Shown here piece by piece: positions 17,636-27,467 of a stretch of DNA of 50,739 nt. The stretch spans positions 1-50,739 of the forward strand of contig CAZUXL010000004.1 of the NCBI GenBank assembly GCA_964624355.1, in the 5' to 3' direction. Under the pieces are notes generated by a model, which worked only from the letters and a program-made list of their open reading frames with translations, was not told where the DNA came from and did no database searches. Made by a program: the position numbers and the translations under genes. This DNA comes from an uncultured Spirochaetales bacterium (GTDB lineage Bacteria > Spirochaetota > Spirochaetia > JABEVK01). Positions within the stretch are counted from its first letter, which is position 1. Each line of letters opens with the position of its first letter.

Positions 17636-17863
17636 TCAGACTTTCTGAATCTTTCCAGACCGGAGACACCGAGTACAGATCCGCATAGTTTTAAGGGCTC
17701 CTGCCACTGATGCTTTAACAGTGACAATATTAGCCTTGAAGGTCCGTTTAGTTGTTACACCGATGTGCTGACCGGCACCACCCTTCTTCTTGGGCTGACC
17801 CTTACGAGGTACGCTCTGGCCGTAAACCGTGCCCTTTCCACAAATATCACATTTCCGTGCCAT
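17636..17863 (-). CDS. rpmB: 50S ribosomal protein L28 (zinc-ribbon form)
   Basis: 75 aa. MARKCDICGKG...TKRTFKANI...RICTRCLRSGKIQ fits L28 with the CxxC...CxxC form. The middle (PRKGQPKKKGGAGQHIG) looks longer than the L28 sequences I remember. Confidence 0.7.
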   Translation of the reverse strand: MARKCDICGKGTVYGQSVPRKGQPKKKGGAGQHIGVTTKRTFKANIVTVKASVAGALKTMRICTRCLRSGKIQKV

Positions 17864-18004
17864 AAAGTCCGCCTTTGGATTAATGAATTACCAAGTTGGT
17901 GGATAAAGTAACATAGGAAAGATATTTTTGCAAGAGGTCTATGGTTGATATTTATCTATTATCATGGGGATTTGAAAAAGTTCTTTCCCCAGAAGCCCCG
18001 GGGT

Positions 18005-18763
18005 TTAAAGAACCCGCAGCTGGTTTAAAAGTTTTCGGGCCAATTCTGTCCGCCTGCTTTTATCCAAGGCTCCTTCCCTAAGAAGAAGATCATAGGTTCC
18101 GGTAAAGCCGGAGGGTAAAATTTCCAGACTCCTCACCCCCGTACAAAGTTCTGGCGAGGGCATAAATTCACAATTTATGGTGAACAGGAGTTCCACCAGG
18201 GTTTCGATAAATCGACTGGAGGCTTGTATATAAAGATACTGATTGTCCAGAAGCTCCGACTGGGCTAAATCCACCACCAGATGTTCCAAACGGGTTTCCA
18301 GATTCTGTCGATGGGCCTTCCAAAAATCACCGGACAGGCGACTCAGGGTGTCACGGATCCCTTCCAGCCAGGAATTATCCTCGGTAATTTGCAGGGAATG
18401 GACTATCCGGTAGAGGCCGTAAGTAGAACTTTCCATGGCCAAAACGCCCCGGGCCATGAGATCCTTCGTAAGAGACTCAATCCTTTCTATGGATTTGTAA
18501 TCCAAATGCACTGGTATATCATCCTTAAAAAACCGATCTTTCCTGCGGATTTCAGAGGTCTCAAAAAAATCACAGGGAGTAAAACTCAGCTGTCTCTGGG
18601 CACAGCCAGGAAGAATTCCCCGGTAATACACATCCATTTTCACCACGGGAACAATATCTTGAATCTGCGAACTCAGGGGCATCCGCGTTAAACAAACCAC
18701 ATTACCCCAGCTCAGGATATTATTCTTCAACTCTTCCACAATACGGTTAATGCTCTGATACAT
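18005..18763 (-). CDS. Hypothetical protein (252 aa), possibly a degenerate Pol-beta-type nucleotidyltransferase fold
   Basis: ORF only. The layout resembles an NTase plus helical C-terminal domain. The GS and DxD catalytic motifs are not recognisable. Confidence 0.5.
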   Translation of the reverse strand: MYQSINRIVEELKNNILSWGNVVCLTRMPLSSQIQDIVPVVKMDVYYRGILPGCAQRQLSFTPCDFFETSEIRRKDRFFKDDIPVHLDYKSIERIESLTKDLMARGVLAMESSTYGLYRIVHSLQITEDNSWLEGIRDTLSRLSGDFWKAHRQNLETRLEHLVVDLAQSELLDNQYLYIQASSRFIETLVELLFTINCEFMPSPELCTGVRSLEILPSGFTGTYDLLLREGALDKSRRTELARKLLNQLRVL

Positions 18764-18775
18764 GACTTTTCCCTA

Positions 18776-19264
18776 TTGAAATATTGTCTTATTATACCAC
18801 AGATGGAAAAATTCAAAAAACAATTCCTCGTGATTCTTCCGCCCCAAGGGGATTACACCTTAAGAGACCTACAAACCAAACTTTTCAGTGAGGGGGTTTT
18901 AGAGAACTTAGGCCCGGAGCCCTTTCTTCCTTGGGAAAAAGGTACTATACTTAATAGGTCAGGTATTCAAAGCTTGCTCCCGTTGTCAGGAACGCAATGG
19001 GTCTTCACCCAAGGGATGTTGGGGATCGGCCTTCAGGGGAGGGCTTGGGTCTCTGGAGTGGAAGACTTCCCTGGAAATATGATTATTTTGGGTTACGCCC
19101 AGGGTTTGCCGGGATTTTGTTGTCCCGATTTTAAATGGAATACAGTCCGGGTGCAGACTTGGGAATGGTCCATGGAGAGAATTAATTTAAAAGTAAAAAA
19201 TCTGGAAGTGATGATTTCAGACGAGATGCGCATAGGCCGGGGATTAAAGAAGGACAAACCATGA
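18776..19264 (+). CDS. Hypothetical protein (up to 162 aa)
   Basis: ORF with a TTG start. The ATG at ~18803 (MEKFKKQF) is more plausible. Its stop overlaps the PilZ gene start (ATGA). Confidence 0.45.
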   Translation: MKYCLIIPQMEKFKKQFLVILPPQGDYTLRDLQTKLFSEGVLENLGPEPFLPWEKGTILNRSGIQSLLPLSGTQWVFTQGMLGIGLQGRAWVSGVEDFPGNMIILGYAQGLPGFCCPDFKWNTVRVQTWEWSMERINLKVKNLEVMISDEMRIGRGLKKDKP

Positions 19265-19593
19265 ATCCGAAAGAAAATAGGCAAGAAAAAAGATTTTCTG
19301 TGGAAGATTTACCCTCCAGCCTCCAAAGTCTCACAGTATTTATCCACGGTGAGGAAATCGAGGCCTGGGTCGTGAATGCCAGTCGGTCGGGATTTGGGTT
19401 TCGCATAAAGCTTTTCTCCCAGCACTTCATTCAGGGAACGACCATAGCCCTATTATTCTCCCAGCTAAAACATCGATTATCCGCAGAAATCGTCTTTGTA
19501 GAACCCTCTGATGATGGATGGTGCCGGGTGGGAGTGCGTTTAAACAGCTCCCTCGGATACGATTACTATTTGGAAGCCCTGAAGGATTTTTAA
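19261..19593 (+). CDS. PilZ domain c-di-GMP receptor (stand-alone)
   Basis: 110 aa with both signature motifs at the correct spacing: RQEKR (RxxxR) and NASRSG (D/NxSxxG). Confidence 0.8.
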   Translation: MNPKENRQEKRFSVEDLPSSLQSLTVFIHGEEIEAWVVNASRSGFGFRIKLFSQHFIQGTTIALLFSQLKHRLSAEIVFVEPSDDGWCRVGVRLNSSLGYDYYLEALKDF

Positions 19594-20249
19594 GGATTGT
19601 GAATGATGGATCCCAACCCCGTGATTCGTTTTTCCACCAGTAAGGGAGACCCACTATAGTAAATCGAACCCATTCCCGTAATTTCAGCATTTAAGGAGCG
19701 GTTCACCTGAACTCTCGTATCCCCTACCCCGGTGAGGGATATATTCACATCCTGGGCCTGGAGTCCCTGGGCGAAGATGGTTCCATTTCCGGTCAAGCTG
19801 GCGTTGAATCTCCCGCAAACCCCTTCCAAGGTAATATTTCCCAACCCTGTGAGGGTCACATCCAAATCCTGAATCACCCCGAGAACCCGAACGTTACCCA
19901 TCCCTGTCAGGTCAACCCGACTCAAACTTTTCATGGTGAGAATCACTTTAACACCCAAAGACGTGGAAAAATTTACCCCTGATTTCGTAGAAACACAGAG
20001 CTTACCTCCCTGAACCCAAGTATCCACAAAGGAAAGGATATTGTGATCTGTTTCCACCCTCAAGGAATCCTGGGCTCCCAAGGTAATCTGGAGATCCGCA
20101 GCCCCTTGAAGATCCACAGAGGTAAACCCCGGTAGGGTTCTGGTTTCCGAGGCGGGAATACCTGAACCATGAATGGTGGTGGTAAACAAGGATGAGCAGC
20201 TGGTAAAGAGTAACCCTAAGATTAGGAATGTTATATTTGTAGTTTTCAT
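19590..20249 (-). CDS. Lipoprotein, DUF2807/head-GIN-domain (beta-helix) family
   Basis: Lipobox LFTSC. Repetitive beta-strand pattern: GSGIPASETRTLPGFTSVDLQGAADLQI...VDLTGMGNVRV...TGLGNITLEG...GNGTIFAQG. Confidence 0.7.
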   Translation of the reverse strand: MKTTNITFLILGLLFTSCSSLFTTTIHGSGIPASETRTLPGFTSVDLQGAADLQITLGAQDSLRVETDHNILSFVDTWVQGGKLCVSTKSGVNFSTSLGVKVILTMKSLSRVDLTGMGNVRVLGVIQDLDVTLTGLGNITLEGVCGRFNASLTGNGTIFAQGLQAQDVNISLTGVGDTRVQVNRSLNAEITGMGSIYYSGSPLLVEKRITGLGSIIHNP

Positions 20250-20327
20250 GCAAATTGAACACCGGTTCGAAGTAAATTTGTCCCCAGACCCGGTTTTTAT
20301 TATTATGGGGAAATAGGTGGGATAAAA

Positions 20328-20852
20328 GTGTTAAAAAACAAGGTCATTGGAATGCTCATCGGACCCCTCTTTGAGGACCTGGAATTTTGGGCTGTGTATA
20401 TGCGGATGAAAGAGGAGGGAGCTCAGATTAGGGTGATTGGAACCAAAGTCGGGGAAGTCCATCCCTCCAAGTCCGGTGGATTACAGGCGGAAACCCAGGT
20501 TGCCTCCAGCCAGATAGGCAGTCAGGATTTGGATGCCCTTTTAATCCCCGGGGGATTTGCCCCGGACAAAATGCGCCGGGATCCCCACATGCTCCGACTG
20601 ATCAGAGACATGGACCAGGAGGGGAAGATCCTGGGTTTTATTTGTCATGGGGGATGGATGGCCGCCTCGGCTAAAATCCTGGGTGGTAGAAAGTTCACAG
20701 GAAGCCTGGGTATTAGGGACGACTTGGAAAATGCCGGAGGCATCTGGGTGGATGAACCGGCGTTTCAGGAAGGAAATATAGTCTGGGGTCGGGTGGTGGA
20801 AGATATCCCCGATTACAACAGGGCTTTGGTAAAAGCTCTGAGTGCAACCTAG
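20328..20852 (+). CDS. DJ-1/PfpI family protein (type 1 glutamine amidotransferase-like)
   Basis: [12 protein letters not shown] and the nucleophile elbow GFICHGGWM. Confidence 0.85.
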   Translation: MLKNKVIGMLIGPLFEDLEFWAVYMRMKEEGAQIRVIGTKVGEVHPSKSGGLQAETQVASSQIGSQDLDALLIPGGFAPDKMRRDPHMLRLIRDMDQEGKILGFICHGGWMAASAKILGGRKFTGSLGIRDDLENAGGIWVDEPAFQEGNIVWGRVVEDIPDYNRALVKALSAT

Positions 20853-23071
20853 TCCACCTTTATTTTTTTCTGCCGGAAGTATTCCCCATAACATTTGTCG
20901 CATTTCAGGATGTGATTTATCAGCCAGTCTTTTAAGAATGTCATCACATCCGTAGCGGGAATATCCCCCCCCTGAACCAGGGTCTTCTGATAACCCTGGA
21001 TTTTTTTAATAAAAACCCCATGCTGGGCTTTCTGCAAAGCACAATCGGGATAACCATGGGTTTCCATAAGCTTCTCTTCCGTGGAAAAATGATGGATCGT
21101 ATAATCCAGGAGTCCCTGAATCACAGATTTCACCTGAAGAGCACCTTCTCCCTTGACCATGGCTTCATAGAGCCTATTTAAATGGACGATGAGTTCTTTG
21201 TGCTGATCATCCATGGAGTTCACTAAAACCGAGAGACTGGGGTCCCAGGTAATCAGGGTAAGGGCGGAGGATTCCTGTTTGTTTATTTTGAAAGTGCCCA
21301 GGACCTCATCCAAGGCTGAAACTGTAAGGTTCCCCGCCTCCCCCGCATCCTGAATCCTCTGGGCCAAGGAAGATATATCCGTCACCGTATTAGCGATTTG
21401 ATTGATTTCAGTCCGGGCCTCCGTGGAGATTCGCACCGTATCCCCCATGGACTGGGCTATAATTCCTATGCGATTTTGCATTCCCGTGGAAGCGCTCATC
21501 ATCCTCTGGGACAATTGAGTCAAGGTGGAAAAAACCTCCGTAGCCCTTTGGGAATCCTGGGTTAAACGGCCCATGAGCAGTCTTTTGTCTTCCAAGGCTC
21601 CACTGAGTGACCGGATTTCTGAAAAAACCGTTTGAAAAAGGGATCCGATGGCACTCTGGCTGTTTTTTGTCAGGCCAATGGTCTCCACCATGCTGGTGAT
21701 GGTCCTTTGGATGTGCTGCGAACTGGACCCTGCGTGTTCTGCCAACCGGCGGATCTCATCGGCCACCACCCCAAAGCCTTTTCCCGCATCCCCTGCATGA
21801 GCCGCTTCAATGGCGGCATTCATGGCGAGTAAATTGGTTTGATCGGCAATGGCTCTGATGGATTCCAACATCTCCAAGGATTGGGAAGCCGCCAAATCCA
21901 AGGCCCCCATGAACTCCAAGGACTTTTCCAACTCCAATTCACTTTCACCGGCGAATTTGTGAAGAAAGCTCACCCTTTCGTTTTCTTTTTTCATCATCTC
22001 CATGGTTTGAGAAATACCCGATTGGGTCTCTTGCAGGGCGGAAATACTGGTGGCCATGGAATTATTTTGATCTTGGATGTCCGAGGCCACCTGGGAAAGG
22101 AAAGACCTAAGTTCCGTGGTCACATCATCTGTGGAATGAATCCGGGTATCCAGATTGTCGATCTGGTGAGTTATCTTGGAGGCCATGGTTCGGATTTTTT
22201 CCAAGGCTTGTACCGCTTCCGCCACTTCCCGGCTCAGGGTCCTGGTAATTCCCAGGGTATTGTGGCTGGCTTGGGCGATTTTTCCAAATCCAAAGTGGAG
22301 ACTTTTTTGTAAGTCGCTGATATCCCTCAGAAGTTGTCCCATTTCGTCATTTTGATTCAGGGTTTTTATCTCCTGACTAAAGTCCCCTTGGATAATGGTC
22401 CGGACAGCGGCGGCAGATCTCCCCAGGGGAATCAAAATTACCCGGGAAAGCAGAACCGCGAAAATGACCAGCAGGAGGATGGAAACAATGAGAATAAGAA
22501 TTTGCCAAAGAGTTTGAAGCTGGGACTCCGATGCCGAGCGTAATTGCAGGGTGGAAATCAACTGCTTTTGGGTGTCCACTTGCACCTGGAGCTTGGCTGC
22601 CAGCTCATGCCCCAAAGACCAGGCTGCATCGGCGGATATGGTCGCATAAGCCGGATCAAACTCCAAACTTTCCAGACTTGTCACAATCTCTTGGGTGAAG
22701 GAACGAACTTCCTTTTCCAAAACGGTGCCCAGGGTGTGGTTTTCCAGGAGTTTAGTATTCGCCAAGACCCCGTCACTCATGGTTTTTAGTAGGGATGCTT
22801 CAAAACCTCCGGCGTTGGTTCTGTTGATAAGTTGACTAAGTTCACTTAAGAGGGAAAGAATTTCCCTGTTAAACTGCATTTGATCCAAAAGCACCGGCAG
22901 GGCGTCCTGGGTGATGATATTAATGCGGTTTTGCTGATTGGCACTGAGCATCATAAAAAGGGTGCCGGAAAATAGCAGGGATACCACCGTAAGGAGGGTG
23001 AGTAGGAGGAATTTAGTCTTGATCCGGAGGTTGTGTAGCATGGATAACATCAGTCCTTGTAAAAGCCGCAA
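20849..23071 (-). CDS. Methyl-accepting chemotaxis protein with a C-terminal hemerythrin-like domain
   Basis: Two TM segments, a helical periplasmic domain, a HAMP domain, and the conserved hairpin [33 protein letters not shown]. The C-terminus has the bacteriohemerythrin pattern: [26 protein letters not shown]...[31 protein letters not shown]...[10 protein letters not shown]. An alternative start at M8 (~23050) gives a TGATG junction with the upstream gene. Confidence 0.9.
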   Translation of the reverse strand: MRLLQGLMLSMLHNLRIKTKFLLLTLLTVVSLLFSGTLFMMLSANQQNRINIITQDALPVLLDQMQFNREILSLLSELSQLINRTNAGGFEASLLKTMSDGVLANTKLLENHTLGTVLEKEVRSFTQEIVTSLESLEFDPAYATISADAAWSLGHELAAKLQVQVDTQKQLISTLQLRSASESQLQTLWQILILIVSILLLVIFAVLLSRVILIPLGRSAAAVRTIIQGDFSQEIKTLNQNDEMGQLLRDISDLQKSLHFGFGKIAQASHNTLGITRTLSREVAEAVQALEKIRTMASKITHQIDNLDTRIHSTDDVTTELRSFLSQVASDIQDQNNSMATSISALQETQSGISQTMEMMKKENERVSFLHKFAGESELELEKSLEFMGALDLAASQSLEMLESIRAIADQTNLLAMNAAIEAAHAGDAGKGFGVVADEIRRLAEHAGSSSQHIQRTITSMVETIGLTKNSQSAIGSLFQTVFSEIRSLSGALEDKRLLMGRLTQDSQRATEVFSTLTQLSQRMMSASTGMQNRIGIIAQSMGDTVRISTEARTEINQIANTVTDISSLAQRIQDAGEAGNLTVSALDEVLGTFKINKQESSALTLITWDPSLSVLVNSMDDQHKELIVHLNRLYEAMVKGEGALQVKSVIQGLLDYTIHHFSTEEKLMETHGYPDCALQKAQHGVFIKKIQGYQKTLVQGGDIPATDVMTFLKDWLINHILKCDKCYGEYFRQKKIKVD

Positions 23072-23523
23072 CCGATAAAGAGCTTTGTCCCGGGAATAAT
23101 GCTCACATAGGAAGACTTAGGTTCGATTTTTTTTGTTTCGGGGTTAGTTCTTTTGTAATCCACCCAACCAAATCCCGCCGCCGCTTGAACCGCCGTCACA
23201 AATTCCTGGATATAGAGTTTCGAATCCGGATCCTTAGTCGTCCACATATCCTTTCCGATCAGGGCTTTATTTCCATCACCCCGAGCTACACAAACCGCAG
23301 TTCCCGGTTGGGATATATCAAAAATAAACAGATAAAATTCCCCATCCCGAAAATTTCCTTTCACATCACTGAAGGCAGCGAAGGCTTTTTCTTGACCATT
23401 TGTCTGGTAAAAACTGATGGCATCGGTGACCAATTTTTTAGCTTTCAGGGCCGAAGGACCGGTCTGGGCCCCCAGTGGAAGTAAAAATGCACACAAAGTG
23501 AATACAAAAAGTAGTCGTTTCAT
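23050..23523 (-). CDS. Secreted stand-alone single-Cache (sCache_2-like) domain protein
   Basis: The track ORF runs to 23634. The ATG at ~23523 follows AGGAGA and yields the signal peptide [20 protein letters not shown]. The mature part ([19 protein letters not shown]...GEFYLFIFD...[24 protein letters not shown]) matches the single-Cache pattern. Confidence 0.7.
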   Translation of the reverse strand: MKRLLFVFTLCAFLLPLGAQTGPSALKAKKLVTDAISFYQTNGQEKAFAAFSDVKGNFRDGEFYLFIFDISQPGTAVCVARGDGNKALIGKDMWTTKDPDSKLYIQEFVTAVQAAAGFGWVDYKRTNPETKKIEPKSSYVSIIPGTKLFIGCGFYKD

Positions 23524-23645
23524 AAAATTCTCCTGGGGAAATAGTACCTCATTTAAATTGGGTTTACAAGAATGATAAAGTGCGAACCCGTAAAATTCCC
23601 GGTTTCGTCGTGGTAACCTGTAAAGAAACAGCATAGAAGTGTCCT

Positions 23646-24149
23646 TTATATGATTTTATCATAAGCAACTCGCCTGTCTCCATTACCTTTGTAAAAACAT
23701 CCGCAGTAGTTAAATCCAAATTTTTCCAAGAGATTTTTCATAGGTTTATTTTCTTCGTGGGTGTCTACTCGGATTTGTTTTATTCCTTGTTCTTTGCAGG
23801 TGTTTTCGATAAAATTAAATATTTTATTTCCGAATCCTTGATTTCTCGCCTCATCGGCCACTGCAACTCTATGAACTACCCCATATTTTTCATCCAATCG
23901 CCAATGCCCTCCCATAAGATTTTGGTACAGAGGCTCCTCTTTATCAGAAAAAACAAAGGTGCTAAAAATTTTCTTTTTTTCACGGCAAATATAACAAGCA
24001 CCTGCAGAAATATCCGCATTCACTATCTGAAAATTGGGATATCCCTCTTCCCATTGGGTGAACCCATGACTGTTCATAAAATTGCGCGCATCTTGAAATA
24101 TTTCTAGAATCCTTGAAATATCTTCTGTTTTTGCTGTGACGATTTCCAT
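23646..24149 (-). CDS. GNAT family N-acetyltransferase
   Basis: 167 aa. The acetyl-CoA motif region is RVAVADEARNQGFGNKIF. It abuts the GGDEF gene stop. Confidence 0.85.
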   Translation of the reverse strand: MEIVTAKTEDISRILEIFQDARNFMNSHGFTQWEEGYPNFQIVNADISAGACYICREKKKIFSTFVFSDKEEPLYQNLMGGHWRLDEKYGVVHRVAVADEARNQGFGNKIFNFIENTCKEQGIKQIRVDTHEENKPMKNLLEKFGFNYCGCFYKGNGDRRVAYDKII

Positions 24150-27100
24150 TTAATTCACCTGTCCGATACAATTCTTTCCGGCTCTTTTGGCCTTATACAA
24201 TCCTTGATCTGCCCGCTCGAGAAGGTCAGCCAAGCTCAAACCTTGATCGGGGGAGAAAAATGCAATTCCCATGCTGCAACCTAAAAGTTTCTCCTTCGGC
24301 ACAGTTTCGGAGATATCCAGGTCTACCATTAAAGACCGTCTGAATCCTTTGGGGTCCTGGAGCTTTTGCAAAATGCGGTTTCCCACGACCTTGGCACCCG
24401 CTTCATCGGTTTCCGGAAGAAGAATGACAAATTCATCCCCCCCAAACCGGCCAAAACTATCCAAATCCCGTAGTCCGCTTTTGACCAGATTTGAAAACAG
24501 TTTTAGGATTCCGTCCCCTGTTCCATGGCCGAAGGTATCGTTGTAATATTTAAAATTATCCAGATCCAAGAAAATGACGGAAAGGAACCGGTCGGAATTT
24601 TTAGCGTATCGGAGGCACCTTTGAATCTCTTTTTCCGCCCTTTTTAGAAATTCATTCCGGGAAAGGGCACCGGTCAGATGATCCGTAGCCAGGGATTTTC
24701 GGAGATCCTCCTCGGTTTGATTTAAGTCCAAACTAAGCTCCAGGTTTCGCAGGGCTAGGAGAACGGTTTGAGCATCATCCTGGGTCAAACCTCCTAAAAC
24801 AGTGGTGGATAGAAGGCCCATCCAGAGTTCCCGGTGTGCCCGATTATGAAGGGGAACCAGGAGGGAAAAACTATGGGGTGTAGAGTTCAATCGGGGTTTG
24901 GTGTAGGGCATGATGGTGGGAAGATTCATGATGTCAAAAACTTCCGGGAATGTTTTTTTGGGGGGATAACCAATGATCATTTGGGCCGATTTATCTTTAA
25001 GTTCAAAAAAACTCAGGGATTCCAGGGGATAATACTGAAGAATCACATCCCGGGCTGCTTTAAAAAGAGCCTTTTCCAAACGATCCTTGGACATCTGATC
25101 CTGAAAATGCTTTAAAAATGACATTTCGTGGAGTTTTCTCCGGAGGGCGAAACTGGATGCTTCCTGCACCGCAGATTGAACGATTCTCTGGCTGATGGCT
25201 TCGATGGTCGGATCGAAGGCAAACCCATGGGGCTCAATGAGGCCGGTCTCCCACCAAGTGGAATATAACTTTCTTTGGATCGACTGGGAATCCTTTCCCA
25301 AAAGCTCCTCGGCTTGGACATAGGTGCTATTACCCAAATCCAATAATCCCTTATCTTTTAAAAATAAGGCTTTTTGAAACAGGCAAAAGCTGGAGAAGTT
25401 AATCAGATTCTCACCTTTAGACAGGTCGTAGGCTAGATTAAAAGAACTCTCGGTATGGTGATTTACTTCCATCAAGTCCCCGATAAGTCCCTTGAGCAGG
25501 TAATAAGCCGCACCGGGAGTTTGATTTTCACTTTGGTCTGAAACCCTCTCCCAATAATCCAAACTGAAGGTTTTTTGTTCTAGGAAAAACGCGGAGATTC
25601 CCGCTAAGGTCTCTAATTTTTTTCGGGAATGCCAGGGGAGGGAATCCATACTCAAAAGATCCAAAACTTGAAGAATGATTTGGTAAATCTCCAAGGCCCG
25701 GTGGTAGGAACCGGAAAAAAAGTACACCAGGGAGACATTAAAAAGAGTGAGACAAGTTTCGGTGAAATCCTTGGTTTTGGTCAAAAGCTCCAGGGCTTCT
25801 TGGAAATACTCCAGGGCTAAATCGAAGTGTCCCTGGGAAAGATTAAAGTACCCCGCCCCATTATAGTCTTTCACCAATCCCAAGGAAACGCCCATTTGAC
25901 GCCGACAGGAAATTGTTTTTGAAAAGTATTCCTGGGCTTTCTCCGGCTCCGTTTCCTTGTGAAGATAGGCCAGCTGGTGATAAATTTTCGCTTCTTGGTA
26001 ATCGTTTTTTAAAAATTTTACCCGGACCAAAATGGACTGGGCCATGGTGACCGCAGCCTGCCACCCCTGTTGGGTAGCCACAGCCCGAAAAAAAGTTAAG
26101 CTGGTTTTTGTGATCAATGCCCAGGTTTCTTTCCCCGCTTCTTCAAAAGCCTCAAGCCATTGAAAATACGTCTCCCTTTCTTTGGGAATTTCGAAAAGGT
26201 CCTGTTTGATCATCATGTAGACCTGAGCACTAAAAGCCCCCTCTTCGGTATCCCATTCAAAATGCCCATCCCCCACGGCCAATTTCAAATATTTTTCCGC
26301 AAAGGATCTGTCCATTTTTTTGAAATAGCACAAGGCCATGATCAGAAGAATCCGCTTTTTCAGGTGAGGAGCAAAAATTTTAGCCCCTTCCTGGGCAAAT
26401 TGCAAAGGGACTAAGGCTTCGTTGTACCTCTCGGTGAGGGCCAAAATGAGGCCCTTTTCCAAGGACATCTCCACAGTTGCACCGGATTTAGCCCTGAGTT
26501 GATGTTTTGAATACCCTTTAAAATCCTCAAAACACTGAAAATGCCGAATTAACTTCAAACCATTTCCCAGGAGTTCGGAATCCACAGCCCCATTCCTGGG
26601 ATGGCTAGGTGTGTAGAGCACACCCTTTAAAGGTTGTAAAAGGAGAACGTGGGATTTTTCGATCTCAGAAAAAAATTCCTGACGCAGAGCCTCTGAAAGA
26701 TATTCTTTAGTTTTTGAACCCAGATTAAAAATCCCTAAAATCCTGTGGGCTCCCGGAGGTTTGTTTTTTATTCCCCAGAGTAAAAATAAAATCAAACTGG
26801 GATTTGCCTTTTCCATGGCCTCCAGGATGAAAACCTGGGGAGAACCAACCCACAGTAAATTCAAAAGACCATAGATCATTTTAAATATAAAAGGCCGTTC
26901 GAAGGTCAATTCATCCCCGATTCGAAAAACATCATCCCAACGGTCATATTCGTGCCCTTGAAGCCAGGGAATAATCCAGGGACGATGCAAAGGGTAAGTC
27001 TCCAACGCATCCAAGACCCTGCTCTTTTCCTGGTGAGTAAGGAAATCAAACCTCTGGCGTAGGGGAGAAAGAAAGGGTTCCATAGGAAGCATGGGATTAT

Positions 27101-27398
27101 CTTCCCTTAAGACCAATTTTTGTATCTGAAGTTCTTCGGGGATAATCTGGCGCCAAAACTCCAATTTTGTTTCTTTTTTAGCCTGGGGGTGAATCTTCGT
27201 AAAAAAGAATTTCCACTGGTTTGCCGTACCGGAGTCTAGCTTGTCCCTAATCACTTCTTTTTGGTCCATGGGATAAACTCCTTGTACACATTCTAAAGCT
27301 CCCCTAGGGAAAGGTAAAGGAAAAAAGGTTCCGAGGTCTCTTTTCACCCCCCCAAAAACAACTGCTTCAATTCCTTGGGAACTGGATTTGAAGGACAT
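24150..27398 (-). CDS. Large TPR-rich diguanylate cyclase (C-terminal GGDEF with intact active site and I-site)
   Basis: 1082 aa. The C-terminus reads DHLTGALSRNEF...IFLDLDNFKYYNDTFGHGTGD...RDLDSFGRFGGDEF, with RxxD five residues before GGDEF. The ~880-aa N-terminal part is helical and TPR-like. Confidence 0.9.
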   Translation of the reverse strand: MSFKSSSQGIEAVVFGGVKRDLGTFFPLPFPRGALECVQGVYPMDQKEVIRDKLDSGTANQWKFFFTKIHPQAKKETKLEFWRQIIPEELQIQKLVLREDNPMLPMEPFLSPLRQRFDFLTHQEKSRVLDALETYPLHRPWIIPWLQGHEYDRWDDVFRIGDELTFERPFIFKMIYGLLNLLWVGSPQVFILEAMEKANPSLILFLLWGIKNKPPGAHRILGIFNLGSKTKEYLSEALRQEFFSEIEKSHVLLLQPLKGVLYTPSHPRNGAVDSELLGNGLKLIRHFQCFEDFKGYSKHQLRAKSGATVEMSLEKGLILALTERYNEALVPLQFAQEGAKIFAPHLKKRILLIMALCYFKKMDRSFAEKYLKLAVGDGHFEWDTEEGAFSAQVYMMIKQDLFEIPKERETYFQWLEAFEEAGKETWALITKTSLTFFRAVATQQGWQAAVTMAQSILVRVKFLKNDYQEAKIYHQLAYLHKETEPEKAQEYFSKTISCRRQMGVSLGLVKDYNGAGYFNLSQGHFDLALEYFQEALELLTKTKDFTETCLTLFNVSLVYFFSGSYHRALEIYQIILQVLDLLSMDSLPWHSRKKLETLAGISAFFLEQKTFSLDYWERVSDQSENQTPGAAYYLLKGLIGDLMEVNHHTESSFNLAYDLSKGENLINFSSFCLFQKALFLKDKGLLDLGNSTYVQAEELLGKDSQSIQRKLYSTWWETGLIEPHGFAFDPTIEAISQRIVQSAVQEASSFALRRKLHEMSFLKHFQDQMSKDRLEKALFKAARDVILQYYPLESLSFFELKDKSAQMIIGYPPKKTFPEVFDIMNLPTIMPYTKPRLNSTPHSFSLLVPLHNRAHRELWMGLLSTTVLGGLTQDDAQTVLLALRNLELSLDLNQTEEDLRKSLATDHLTGALSRNEFLKRAEKEIQRCLRYAKNSDRFLSVIFLDLDNFKYYNDTFGHGTGDGILKLFSNLVKSGLRDLDSFGRFGGDEFVILLPETDEAGAKVVGNRILQKLQDPKGFRRSLMVDLDISETVPKEKLLGCSMGIAFFSPDQGLSLADLLERADQGLYKAKRAGKNCIGQVN

Positions 27399-27421
27399 TT
27401 TTTTATTTGGATCTCTTTTTC

Positions 27422-27435
27422 TTGACTCCCGGCAA
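27422..27435 (+). promoter_or_regulatory. Candidate Crp/Fnr-type box TTGACTCCCGGCAA upstream of gdhA
   Basis: TTG-N8-CAA, then 22 nt, then TACTAT (27458-27463), then 29 nt with GGAG before the ATG at 27493. An alternative reading is a plain sigma70 -35 TTGACT, N17, GACTAT. Confidence 0.35.
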
Positions 27436-27451
27436 AAACCGTGAGACTATA

Positions 27452-27467
27452 TGGCAATACTATGCCA
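27452..27467. promoter_or_regulatory. Palindrome TGGCA-N6-TGCCA overlapping the putative gdhA -10; TGGCAATA repeats at 27474-27481
   Basis: Read directly from the sequence. Its position fits a repressor operator. Confidence 0.35.

Noticed and set aside
23524-23634. N-terminal extensions of track ORFs: Cache protein 23524-23634, moaE 37196-37273, sixA 46739-46858
   Set aside because: Each extension overlaps the preceding gene or lacks an SD. In each case an internal ATG with an SD gives the canonical N-terminus (a signal peptide, MESINLFF and MNLYLVRH respectively).
27452-27467. A sigma-54 (-24/-12) promoter reading of TGGCAATACTATGC upstream of gdhA
   Set aside because: The GG-to-GC spacing is one nt shorter than the TGGCAC-N5-TTGC consensus. 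The second TGGCAATA copy is one nt too long and overlaps the SD. I treat it as a palindromic operator candidate instead.
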